Source: Calcarisporiella thermophila CBS 279.70 (Eukaryota > Fungi > Calcarisporiellomycota). Taken from it: a DNA stretch of 62,940 nucleotides. The DNA lies in NCBI RefSeq assembly GCF_041956535.1, contig NW_027192214.1, forward strand, positions 1-62,940. Direction: 5' to 3'. Below the pieces are notes generated by a model. The model was not told where the DNA came from, did not search any database, and worked only from the letters and a program-made list of their open reading frames with translations. Below, piece by piece: positions 51,101-62,940 of this stretch (the stretch's first letter is position 1; each line of letters starts with the position of its first letter). Both the position numbers and the translations under genes were made by a program.

Positions 51101-54100
51101 AGCTTCTTCATCTCTTGAAGTTGAGCTTCTTCAGAATCCTCCGATGCTTTGTCCGAATGCTTGTAGAGTGAAGCATTCTCAGCTGCTTTATCCTTGGCGT
51201 ATTGCTCTGCTTCAGACCAGATCCTGGCAATTTCCCCGAGTAGATTGTCGAGTGTTTCAAGAAGGTCTGTTGAATATTTTTGGCCTTGAGCAATGGCATT
51301 AATTATGTTGATATGTAGATGCTGAAGCACTACAATCAAATATCGAAGGTAGAGATTCCAGCGCTGCTTCTTCTCCACCTTATTGCTCTCAAATATTGCC
51401 TTTCGCACCAGCTCTACGCCATCGGGATCAGCGAGCGAACGCAGACTATCGCTATCACCAACGCTAGGTACACGGAGCAGAGCAGAAACCACATTCTCAA
51501 GCGCGGAAGAGCGAGAAGACCATAACATATGTGCTGCCATTTGCCGGAGTCCATGCTTGATTTGATAAATAGAGATATATATAGGCTGGAGCAGATCACG
51601 ATAGTGTGGGTATTTGGCTGTGGTGCGTGCCACGAACATTTCCAAATTATCTTGCAGCAATTCCTCGCGACGAATTACATCCACTTGACTAGAACATTTA
51701 GAGTCGAGTAGGGCCGAGAGTAAAGTGGCTACTTGCTTCTCAAGTACGTTCTCTTTGAAATTCCATAGATCAAGGTATACATCTTGAAGCTGCGATTTGA
51801 TAGGACGGAAAGCCAAATTTGCTCCACGATGTAAAAGCTCCTTCTTTGCAACCTGATGCTGTTCTTCGAGTGCTCTTATTATTGAGTTGGAGAGATCGCC
51901 AGTATAGTTCTGTTCGATTTCACGTCGAATATTTATCTCATGTTCAAGCTCGCTACACTTTTGTTCTAGATGTTTGGCTCTAACACGAGACTTGCTCGTA
52001 GGATCCAGAGGATAGCTGGGAATATACAGAGCAAGGAATGCCATACTAACGAGAACCCATGCATGGCCCAAGGTAGGTAGGTTGGAGTCAGGTGAGGTTG
52101 CTAAACTACAATCCTTCTCACGTAGCATCTCCAGCACTGGAATGATATTATGTTGCCCGATTTCCACTGGTATTCTGAGCGCCCCAGACGTAAGTGCAGT
52201 TGAGAGAACGTTAAGCCAGGTAGTACTTGATACAGATCCCACGAGATATGCATCCAGCTCATTAAAGGCGCCATGAACTTGGTTGGCGATGACAAAATCC
52301 CATTTAGGTTGGTGTGCGAAAATAAGCTGACGAAGGAATAGTGCAAGCGCTATTCGGTCAAACTGTGGCATTTTTTGTTGGTGGGAGGGATGCATTATGA
52401 CGTGTGTTTTTAGCTTATCGATACCATCCAAGCCTACATCAATCGCTTGAATTGGCAGGTTCTCCAATGACCTGACAGTTTCAGTGATGAAACCAGTTTC
52501 AACTCCGCGAAATAGTCGTGAAGTGCCCCGAAGAGAACTCTGCAATGAACTGTCATACGCCTTATCAGAAGCGCTGAAGCTGCTTTTGTCCTCGCTGTCC
52601 TGAATAAGAAGAGGCTGGTTGTAACAATTCTTCCAAGAGCGAGCTAGCCACCGTAACCAGATTTCCGCTATAATTCGATTCAATGATGCAACATCCACAT
52701 CCGAAATTTTACCAGCTTTATGCTCGTATATCCAAAGTAATTGACGATATGATACCAAGTATTCAGGAGAGCGCGAAATAGTTGAAAGCAGAGCCTCACA
52801 AAACTTCCTGATATTGCTCGACAAATCCCATTGGATATCTCTGTGGTCTCTTTCGCCAAGGGTCATTAGTATGTGTCGCTGCGCTTCAACAATCAGACGT
52901 ATTTCATCAAACATTGTCGAAAAATCGATCAGTGGTAGCACAATCGAACGCCAGCGGAGCAAGACGGGGTCAGGGGGAGCGGCTTTAATGCTATCTTTAA
53001 GCATTTGGAACCGCGTTGTTATTTGCTGATGTACTTGATTAATTGATAAATAGAGTGTTTCCAAATTCGTAGTAGATGATTGCTCGTCAATGAAGTAGAG
53101 CGTTGCAAGTGCGTCAACAATCATACCGCGCGTTTCACTATCTACATTATATGCCAACTGAAGTTTTTCTAATAGATATTCAAGTTAGTCTCAACAATAT
53201 TAGGTAGTTCATACATATAAACTAATAAGTAATTACCTTTTTCAATCGGGGAGCTTGTGAAAAATTCGAGTTCACGGGCAAGGTTTCGGAGCGATTTCTC
53301 CGAATTGAATAAATCCTCTCGCGAAAGTGTAGGAGGGTGCAAAAACTTCCAGAGCAACTTGAAAGATACACCCGATGCCAGTCGTACTCGTGACAGTGCG
53401 TTATCGAGATGCTGCAGGGCAACACTCCATGTAGAATCAACTTCCGTCAAAACCAACATTCGTTTTCGGAACAATTTGAGGAAAATAGCGAGCTCTCCAA
53501 CGGCAAATTCAGGTTTTTCAGTCAGTTTCCAACAGAGATCACGTAGCTCAAGCATATGTAGTACACTTGAAAAATGCTAAAACAGCCAAAATAAAATCAA
53601 AATTAATATAAATTAATAAAAAGTTATAATCAAGAATTTTACCTCTTTTCCATATGCCTGATAACCGCGAGAATCAATCCAAGCGAATACTGTCTCATGA
53701 ACAGATATGAAAAGTGGCGCAAGGTCAGCGATGAGTGGGTGTCGAAGTTGTGTTTGAGTTATACGACCAGAACAGAAAGCAAAAGCTTCTTCCAATGGTG
53801 TAAGCTCCACCAGTTTCTTGCGCCTTGCACGAGACTGCGCATTATTTTCTGCGTGCTTTTCTTTAGAAATGCGTAATAGGAGGTGATAGGCACCAAGCTG
53901 CTGCTGATATTTAGACCAGTACGAGGCTATACCCTCATCATCAGTAGTATTATCGGAATTTTCCATATGAGCAATCCGACTCTCAATGGAATCGATAAAA
54001 TGTGAGCACTGAGTAACGTCCAACGGCAATGTTCTAGAGTATGATGAGCTGATGCCAGCGGCGACGGCAACGCGCTGCAGATCTTCATGAAGAGTTCTTG

Positions 54101-57100
54101 GCAGCCAATGTGAATCTATAATCTCAAAAACATATCGCAGCTCCTCAAATATTTTTTCTTGTTTAGAAGTGATAGCTCTTGAACAAGCGAATTCAATCCA
54201 CTGTCTCCGCAAGGATAAATCGAATAACGAGATGCACTCCAGAAAATATTTCATAGCTACGTTTAGTGATGCTGATATATTCGACTGCTCGGTATCTTTC
54301 TCAGATTTCTCCGAAATCGCCCCAATTTGAATCAGATGCAATATAAACGCACCTTGTAGGGAAATCATTGCTAGAGAGGACTCTTCAGTCAAAATTGTAC
54401 CATCGATGAGCACCGGCCAGTTGCCAGGAGAGAAAGCGCGTAGCAAAGATTCATTCGACTTTGCAGCGAGCAATTGGGGTTCCGACAAATTTTGCTGGAA
54501 GGTAAGGTACTCAGCGCCATAAACCTGCAAAGCGGCAGCATTGAGAGCGGACAAGAAGGGTTCTCCACGCTGCATACGCTCAACAAAGAACTCATTTAGC
54601 AACAATAGGTCACGAAGAGCAATTGGATTTCCAGCACGCTTCATAACTGGGCCTAATTCTTCATGCGAATGAACAATTTCAATTAGAAGTTGTGATCCAG
54701 GAAGTCCGAGTGAATTAATGAGCTTTTTGCTATCTTGAGAGTTGCTAGTCCAATTTCCTTGAAGTAACGCGATTTCAACACCACGGTTTCTCATTGCGCG
54801 AGAAAGCTCACCTTGCTCCGGGTCCACTGTCATAAATAGGCGGAAATTAGGATGTGGGCGAACTATGCGCACTTCACCGTCGACTAATCCACGCTCATTC
54901 ACCATAAGAACACCATCCGGCTCCATGAGTGGATTCAATCGATCAAGGACAGATGGACTACAGAGATTTGCATTGTCAATGAGAAGCCAATTGCCCTCCT
55001 CTAAAGCAGTTACAAGTGCGCCATCAATCCACTCAAAACGCCCCGTAATCTGTTCAGTCTCCAATCGCTGCAGTTTCTGAATCATTGATGTAATTGAATC
55101 CAATGAATGCCCTTCGTTTAATAAAGGTTGAGTCAACTCAAACTCCTGAACTGCTGCGCGTATGCGCTCTAAAGTTTCCCAGGTCAGGTCATAATTGATA
55201 GAGTCTGGCCCCATTTGGTTGGCTACATTGATACCGTTTTCATCAAGCTCCTGAGAGGACTCGCGGAAACTTAACCCTCTTTCCATGGCGTGCCATGCAT
55301 CATTAAGCTGGCGTAGGATGGGTAGAGTTGATTCAACATTCAGACGGAGTAGATGTCGACAAACTACGGAAACAAGCTCTCGCAAAGAGGAAACTACACG
55401 TTGACGATGACGTGCGAGATCAACCTGTTCAAAACTTCCTAACAACTCCATTGTATCCACTCCACTATTCATTGCGAATTCAGTCATGTGATTGCCTGTT
55501 AACCGCGCAAGTAAACGCACCAAACTTGTCTTTCCACTTCCGGATGGGCCAGTAAGAATTGCGAGCCAATTCATTTCAACACATTTCATCAGTGTCTCCA
55601 ATGGCAGAAGATGAGATTGCAAAAGTTGCAAATCGCGTTGATTTTCATGAACTGTCAGAGTAGAAGCGCGCGGTAACAGAGCATCTCCAACTTGAACATA
55701 ATCTGGCCCTATGGAGTATTTTGGATGAACAGACCGCTCATATTTGACGCCAAAGATATCTTCATATATCTTGATAACTTGCTCACGATCCTCTTGGGTG
55801 CGCATCCTGAGTAGATATATCATAGGAAGATGTTCGATTGGGTCAAGGAACTTGCCTAACCCTTGGTTGGAATGAATGAGTTCGAGCCACCGGAAAACAT
55901 CTCGAAGATTGAATTCCCACGGGCTACCGTTGCGCCCAAATTTACGCTGAACCATAGTTTCGTCGAATAATCGTTGGTTGAAATCAATTATTTTCTCAAG
56001 GAATTCAGGAGAGAGATGCGAATACCGATGGCGACATATAAAGAGCAAGTCTGCGCGTGTTAACTGCTCCACATATACTTGAGTAAACCGATTAACGAAT
56101 GATTTAGGGAGGCCTTTACGTCCTCCACCCTGTTGAAGTGGATTCTGCGCGGCAAATACGCGAAATTCAGGCGAGCGGATAAATTCACGGTCAAGCTCGG
56201 GTACATAGACAGTGCCTCGGTGATCTAAGCAGGAGTTTAGGCCCTCGAGGACAGTTTGTGATGCGAGATTAATTTCATCTAGGAGTACCCAAGAACCATC
56301 CTGCATAGCCTGCAAAAATGGTGCGTCTCTCCAGGCGAATTCACCGCTTTCTTTGCCTTCAACAGGTAGATCGGATCCAAACAAGTCCATCAAATCGGTC
56401 TGATCCGAGAGATTGATTCGGACAAGTTTTCTGCCCACTGCATTCGCAATTGCCGATATTAAACTAGTTTTTCCCACTCCTGGACTTCCCTCAAGAAGGA
56501 TGGGACGATGAAGCTGCATTGCACGAAGGACTCTAACTGCATTATCTGAAGTCGTGGGGGCAAGTAGAGCATATTGAATTTGATTCCCAATATGACTGCC
56601 TCTCTCCACGTGGAATGGAGGTATGCCAAAACTCGTGTCGGAAATTTCAATCTGGCGATCTGAAGTTTCCCCTAGCATTTCGTACTCTTGTTTTACAGCC
56701 GCATCTTCAATTCCTGCAAGTGTAGCAAGTTGGACCATGCACTTGTGCCGGAATTCGTGCAGTACTTTTCCGGAAAGAAGTGAAGAAAACCCATGTGTTC
56801 CCAACCCATCGATTAGTACTAGGCATGCACCGTGGAGAAAAGAAAGTGGTGCAGTAAGCTTGGGAAATGAAACGTTCATAAAATCGACCCACGAAAGGAT
56901 ATTCCGCAAGCTTATTATTGTGCCTGCTTGACCAAGCGCTCGAGCAAACCACTCGACAAATTGCAAAATGCGGGGCGCATATCCCTTCAGGTCTGCATGG
57001 CCAAGACGCTCCGAAATGATTTGAAGAAGATCTCCGGGATCGGTCACAGCGGGGACCCATATTTCGGTGAAGCGATTTCTCAATGCGGGAGAAAGCTCTT

Positions 57101-60100
57101 TTTTGCCGTAATCACCACCTGGGTTCATTGTAGCTAGAAACTGGAATCCTTGGGCAGCAGTTAACTCTTCTACTTCCTTGCCACCCTTTTCTGCTAAGAC
57201 GAGGAGGCGATGGGGCTCAAGTACTGAGTTCAAACGTTCAAGTACCGAATCATCTGCTAAGGAAATTTCATCAAGCAAAAAGAAGCCTCCTTCCCGCATG
57301 CACTGCACAAGTGGACCATCGCGCCATTCGAATAGCGTCCGAGCGTGTTTACACCGCTCTTTTAGCTCTTTTGCAATCTCAATTACTGGACGCCCATTAT
57401 CACTGAACTTGTCTGCAATTGAAGATTGCACATCTTTATCACGTAGAGCTTCATCCAGCTGTGCAATTAACTGCTCCAGCTCCATATTTTCCCACAGAGC
57501 TCCTCCAGGTGTCAGGTATGTATTCAAGAAAAAAATCAGATCCTGCCGCAACTCTGTGCTGCTATTATCTCTGCTGCGAACTGGTCTCTGGCTTCCAAGT
57601 AGGTCGGCAGTTTCAGTGTTCTGATGACAATTAACTGTATGAAGCATGCGTTTATGTACACCTGCGAGAATCTGGCACACTGTCGTTTTGCCACAACCAG
57701 TCTCGCCGACAAGCAAGATTGGCTCATTATACCGCAAACAATATGCAACCAATTTAAATAACCGCCGCATTGCCTTAGTGAAGACGAGCTGGTTGTTATC
57801 CCCTGAGCACTGTTGCAGGAAGAGACCGTACTCCTCAAGGGATTCGCAGTCATACAAGCGATCCTCGTCGATCTTCACCTTCATGACCGTCTCAATAACC
57901 TCTTTAACGACTGCTTTGGCATCCGGTCTGCGACACCGCTCCGCAAGAAGCATATATCCATGTTCCGCAAGGTCTTGGTATGTAACTGATCCACGACCTG
58001 CCCATCGAAACATGTCACGCAGAGTAATAAAGCCATGCTTTGCTTCAAAAATACGAGTTCTCTCTCTTCGCTCCATTAGCATCCGGTAAACCTGTACTAG
58101 ACGTTTGCAATGAGAGGGCGCAATCGAACAGCGCTTAGCAAGAATCGTCTCAAGCTCAGTCTCAGGTATATCATCGAAATGAAGCTCAAGAAAGCGGTTA
58201 CGAAATGCTCTTGACAATGCCTTTCGACCTCCATATAGGCCAGCTGGATTTTGTGTAGCAAAGAGCATAAAATGTTCATGTGGGCGCACCACCTCTTGAG
58301 TTTCTGGTATCAATAACTCGCGGTTATCATCGAGGAGTCGATTGAGTGCCTCTAACACATCTGAAGGTGCCAAGTTTAGTTCATCTAGAACTATCCAATA
58401 ACCTTTGCGAAGTGCCTCAACAAGTACACCTTCTTGGAACACAAGTTGACCTTCTGAATTTGACACGTATGTACCAAGGTACTCCTGGAGATCAGTATGC
58501 TCGTGGTTATTGATACGCACGAAACGGTGGCCGGTGCGACGAGCAAGATACTCGATCATGCTTGTCTTACCACTTGATGTCGGACCTTGGATAAGGACTG
58601 GGAAGCGGCGATTCATTACTGTTCTCGCAAGGTTGTGTAGGTTGGCTTCAACTGAAGGGGTGATGATGTAGTGATTTACCTCTTCAGGCAATTCAGGCCC
58701 GCGTTCGAGCCAAAACGGCCCAAATTGCACATAGCGCTCTGAGTGTTCTGAAGGCATACGGGGTATCTGCTGAATCATAGTTGAAGGATTTTTAACCCCA
58801 CGAAGGAGATGTGCTCCAACCAATTTGGCCATTTTCCCTATGCTATCAGGGTTGAGCTGTGTCAAGAACGTCATCCAAAATCCCTCATAAAGCGAGCGAC
58901 GCAGTCCATAAACGGGGCAAATATGTACTGTGTATGTAAGTGCTCGTGCCAGTGTTCGAATACTGAAATGAGGGCGTTGATTCGCCCCGTCTGCGATCTG
59001 ATGTGAAGCACTAAGGTTCTTGGCATTCACATAGAAATCGGCTACATCTGCACATGCTGTAGGGTCACCCATTACCACTCCACTCAAATAAACATTAACG
59101 ATATCAAGGAGATCTTCACGACGAGCATCAGGTGGTTGAACATAAAACTCCGTGAAACGGTTGCGTAAGGCAGGGGGAAGGTCGCGCTTTCCTACATCCG
59201 TAGCTGGGTTCATACAAGCGAATATGCGGAAGTTGGGATGTCGCTTAATCGGTTTGACATCACCGCGCTCAGTTAATAAAAGTGAACCCTCAGTGCTTTG
59301 CAATAGTCCGCTAAGACATTCGAGAGTCTCGGTTGTTGCAAGATTTATCTCGTCTAGAAGGATCCAGTCACCGCGCTGGACTGCTTTTACTAATGTACCC
59401 TCGAGAAAGGTGAACACAAATTGATTCTGCATGCGATCAAGCTGAACCTCGAACTGCTTCACGCGATTTGCAAACTCTTTCCACTGTTCCCGCAATTCTG
59501 GATAGAGCTGCTTCCGTGGTTTCTCAGCTCCAATTTCCTTACTTGATTTATGCTCCTCCTCCTCATCTGCCATCTCTCTCTCTTCAACGTCGCCAAGCAT
59601 AAGAGCCGCCTTCTCTGTGGTGCGCTTGACCACCTTGACAAAATGCACCCAGTCCTTCTTTATATACAATTCCTGAACTTTGTGAATGAATTTCTCATTC
59701 TTTGCATGCTTTGTAAATGTCCGGCGGAACAAACGGTCGAATTTCTCTTTGAGAGGGATGGCCAATATTTTCCCATCAACCGGTTTAAAGCCACCGAGTA
59801 ACTCGGAACTGTCACTTTGCTGAGATAAGTTGACCACCACGAGATTCTGATTCAACAGATCAGCAAGATGTTGAACCACAGTGGTTTTTCCTGTGCCGGT
59901 CTCACCAACCAGAAGGACTGGTTCGCACAAGCGTACCGACACCGCAACTCTCTCTAGAAGACGCAACGCATGTGCTGTCATCGCAAAGGGGCGTTTATTT
60001 TTGCGAGATAATAGGCGCTTCCTTGGATATTTGTTGAGTTTAACCCGACCAATCTCCACGGAATTATCCAATTCACGGAGGGCTGGGCAGTGCTGGTTAA

Positions 60101-62256
60101 TAAAGAGGGATACACGTGATTGTGATAATTTCAGGGTTTCCCCTACGCGCTCAAGCACGGTTACCCAGGTATTAAAGTCGCTGATCATTCCACAAAAGCA
60201 GTCCACGGCCTCAGTGAAGATATCTTCGCGAATTTTTTGATCAATTCCCTGTTCATCGGTCAACATGGAAGTAGGTTGTGCGCTGACTAAAAGATTGACA
60301 CGATAACACCACTTCATCAAATCACGCGTCGATGCATAGCGGCCGATAGCCGAGAATTGAACCACGCTTGAGTCGTGATACATGGAGGTGACTGTGTTAA
60401 AAACCTCCATGAGACCAGGAACAAGTAGACTTAGCGCAGGAAATTTTTCCTCAATCACGCGAACTATTTCTTCTTGACTAAGTGGGTGAACATCGATTTT
60501 GGACCATAGTCCACCCCCAAGTGCATTTCTAGTGGCTCCGTGTGCTATATTCATACTCTTGTTACCCTCACGTCCTGGAGCCAAACTCCTTGTTGCGAAG
60601 AGCTGGAATCCCTCCTTTGCTTGTAATTGCTCTCCTCGTGACGGAATAAAGAGGGTACGTGTTTCGAGCAACGGCATGATAACCGAGATGACTTCCGATG
60701 AAGCAAGATCAATATCCTCTATCAGGACCCACTTTCCGTCTCGTACGGCCTGAGTTAACACACCAGGTTGCCATCGAAATGAGCCGGGAGTAGATGTTGC
60801 AACATAGGTACCAACGAGCACCTTGGAATCAGTCTGATCACCCAAGTGAATTTTGATTAGATCTAAAAGGGATGTAAGGGTTAATATCTATTTATATACT
60901 ATATCTATATTGAGTATTTTCACATACCGTGTCTCCCTGTTGCCCTTGCTACTTCCTCCACCAATGCTGTCTTCCCGACGCCTGTTACACCTTGTAGCAG
61001 AACAGGAGAACCGATACTTAGAGCCAACCCAATTGTCTGCAAATTACGTTTGGTTGTTGGAACCAAAACTAATGACTCTTTATCGTTTGACGTATTTGAA
61101 TAGTTGTGTAAAGATTTCGGTAATAGGACACCGCATAAGTTGATGATCAAAGGAGACCAACATTCGTCGGATATGAGTGGAGTTATGCTGAATAGTTCTG
61201 AAAGTGTGTCGTTGAAAAGTTCGAATTGCTCCCGTGCAATTCGCTCTTTCTCAAATATTCTATAATATATTTACATTCGAATATTAGTACAAAGATATTG
61301 GTAGACGCAATAAAAGCATTCTTACGTTAATAGTCTCAAGTTTACGTTAGTACCATCAATGTCCATAAATATGCCCTCATTTGCTTCGCTAATACGATCT
61401 AATACAGCTTTGCTCTCCGAATTGTTCAAACCATTTACACGGCTAAGACACCATGCAGAGAGAAACCGAATGCATGGGTCTGAGTGAGCTAATAAATTAT
61501 AAACAGGGCTCCAATTGCACATTTGTCGAAAAGAAGAAACTGAGTATGCGAGAAGGCGGTGAGTTGTTAGGAGAATTGATCGTAGCTGATTTATCCGTGC
61601 CTGTAGACAACGAAAATGCAACTAATGAGATCACGATGTATGAATATAAAGAAAAAAGTAAGTTCAATACCTCATCATCCAGGGCAGAATCAAAAGAATT
61701 CAGACGATCAAATAATGAAGGAGAGTGCTCAAAGAAATTCAATGCCAAACTATAGGAAGAACCATTACGGTTATATAATCAATTGTATGTATATATTTAA
61801 AACCTGCTCTTACCTCTTAATTTGAGGTGCGAGTGGCAAAATCACGCTGAACGCGGCAGCAATTCTCTCAATTCGTGTATGTATGTCTTCCATTAAATTT
61901 TCGCCTCCTTCACCCTTAACCAGTCTACAATGCGATGCATCGGGTATGAGTAGCCACCTCGCCACCAAATCAACGAGGATAGGCCTGAAGATTCTCACCA
62001 TATATGTAGTGAGACAAGGCTCCAGTAAGAGCCCTGAAAGACCTGCCAAGAGGGTGCGAGCCTCCTCCACGGAAAGTGCTGACACATGATTTCGCGAGAA
62101 TACAAGTAGTGCATCAATATTTCGAAGTAAATTATATTTTTGCTTATCATTAGTGGGTATTGAGTTGAGCACTTTTCGTAGCGAGTGAGTTGCAGCCACG
62201 AGGTCAAAATGAGAAGGATCAAAAAAAGTGATCTGGTGAGGCTGCTGATCAAGCAT
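45166..62256 (-). CDS. MDN1: Midasin (Rea1), AAA+ ATPase of 60S ribosome maturation (~5563 aa, 7 exons)
   Basis: Six Walker A motifs (GVTGVGKT, GETGTGKT, GPTSSGKT, GETGCGKT, GSPGVGKT, GPSGSGKT), long linker, D/E-rich tail and C-terminal MIDAS (IDDSKSMS, GDYRTGKRLNMKKIIPYIAS). Introns 61750-61813, 61601-61670, 61260-61325, 60863-60927, 53577-53642 and 53169-53236 give an in-frame CDS. Confidence 0.97.
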
Positions 62257-62562
62257 TGCAACTATTCCCCTGATCACTTCTCTACTTGTCAGCTTTACGG
62301 TCTTAAGAATTTTGCTTCGAACCTTTATTTACTAGGTTGTGACAGTTCATTTTCGCAGTCATAATTTACCCATTTCAGGAATTAACTATTATTTTTTGTT
62401 TAGAACTGTATAATAAAAAACCAATTGAATTCTAAGCTCAAGTATATGTATACTTTAAAATAAATATATTCTTATCCATTTATTACTTGAAATCACTAAA
62501 TTTCAAAATATACGGGTAAATTTACTAGTGGTATGAGATAAAATTATACAATTTGGTCTAGG

Positions 62563-62940
62563 TGGTGACATAAATTCGGTAGGGATAATCTAGGATAATT
62601 GGGACAGGGATAAGGGAATAAAGGATTTATTACAGAAAACCAAGGAAGAGGAATATATTCATAGTACTCCGGGGATGATTATTCTCCTGTTACAATGTTC
62701 TCAAAGAGTATCCCTTTATATAGGGTGAAGTATGACCAATGAAATAAACTAATAACGGGAATTCTAAATAATATAATCTTAATACTTGTTTGCGGCTGCA
62801 CTTGCGTCGTAGTCGGGTGCCGGAGGGTAGTCTTCAATCTCGTTAGGCCTCATATCTGATTCAGTTTGTTGGAATCGTATCGAGACATTTGCAGTAGGGC
62901 AACCAAGCCAAGCCACGTAATCCCTCAAGCCCTGCTATTT
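62563..62940 (-). mobile_element. Probable retrotransposon LTR (3' part), running off the window
   Basis: On the minus strand: CCCTATATAAAGGG, then GTAATAAA about 90 nt later, a pyrimidine-rich U5-like tract and an end near TGTCACCA; abrupt change in composition. Confidence 0.45.

Noticed and set aside
45993-60753. Many antisense and alternate-frame ORFs inside midasin (Ser/Phe/Leu-rich)
   Set aside because: Shadow ORFs caused by the codon composition of the long CDS, especially its Asp/Glu-rich tail.
1-62940. CRISPR array, rRNA or prokaryotic operon
   Set aside because: No regularly spaced repeats or rRNA motifs were seen; spliceosomal introns show the DNA is eukaryotic.

Overview
Eukaryotic, AT-rich genomic DNA with short (mostly 50-90 nt) GT-AG introns, most consistent with an early-diverging fungus (inference from protein character and intron size). 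The window has two parts. About 1-39.7 kb is a gene-sparse accessory region. It holds a four-domain RNA end-healing/sealing protein that appears to lack an AUG start, an MFS transporter, an APH-like kinase, an IML2/TTC39-family gene, an isochorismatase-family gene and several pseudogenes. It also holds a run of secreted proteins (two small Cys-rich proteins, an S1 protease, a DJ-1/PfpI protein, a lipase, an orphan) and a family of ~145-bp solo-LTR-like repeats. About 39.8-62.3 kb is a compact housekeeping block: tRNA-Ser(CGA), a double-AAA ATPase, TAF13 and midasin (MDN1/REA1). The most unusual signal is a ~690-nt non-coding, helix-rich segment with a Pol III-type A/B-box head, lying head-to-head with the tRNA-Ser gene. 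All calls were made by eye; no searches or folding programs were run.
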